Below are positions 35,139 through 35,345 of a DNA stretch of 35,345 bases, piece by piece. The stretch is from assembly GCA_032718475.1 (NCBI GenBank), contig JAUCBJ010006664.1, forward strand, positions 1-35,345, in the 5' to 3' direction. Both the position numbers and the translations under genes were made by a program. Numbering within the stretch: position 1 is the stretch's first letter; each line of letters opens with the position of its first letter. Source of the DNA: Nemertoderma westbladi. Its lineage: Eukaryota > Animalia > Xenacoelomorpha. The notes below the pieces were generated by a model. The model was not told where the DNA came from, searched no databases, and saw only the letters and a list, made by a program, of their open reading frames with translations.

Positions 35139-35166
<28 letters not shown>
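35138..35166 (+). repeat. Poly-G tract
   Basis: Homopolymer run of about 29 G. Confidence 0.9.
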
Positions 35167-35169
<3 letters not shown>

Positions 35170-35345
35170 TACTCTGGACGAGCGCAACGATTGAACGACG
35201 CTTATAATAATTAAGACGAGTACGGCGTTGATTATATTCATATACACCACCTGGCTTTGCATATTTAACGTGCGATTGGAAATAAGTTCGTTCTACCCTT
35301 CCGTGGGTGGTAGATGTCACGGTTATGTATTGGTGGTTGAGAAGG

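Overview
Eukaryotic (animal-like), AT-rich, transposon-saturated DNA. No host gene, RNA gene or CRISPR array can be supported. From left to right: (1) the 3' half of a BEL/Pao LTR retrotransposon on the minus strand, with an intact RNase H-integrase frame, a PPT and a long 3' LTR containing an array of about 18 palindromes; (2) a short CR1/L2-group LINE 3' fragment; (3) an ~18.1-kb nested structure (5075-23186). In it, a small TIR element appears to have been inflated by three larger elements (A1, B, A2) joined head-to-tail through four same-strand (CA)n tracts. A1 and A2 are diverged copies, each carrying a TTAA-flanked Kolobok-like insert and a 33-bp G-rich minisatellite inside a decayed ORF. 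B has imperfect TIRs and a ~90-bp satellite interrupted by an RTE LINE with a 13-bp TSD. Further right lie a CRE-clade RLE-domain fragment, a second TTAA/Kolobok-like MITE with poly-G TIRs, a GGACAC-C(n) repeat, a 900-codon CR1/L2-group ORF2 with an unusual RT insertion, and the left end of a small non-autonomous element. The most notable signal is the apparent (CA)n-microsatellite-targeted element train. Family names come from motif recognition, not database searches.
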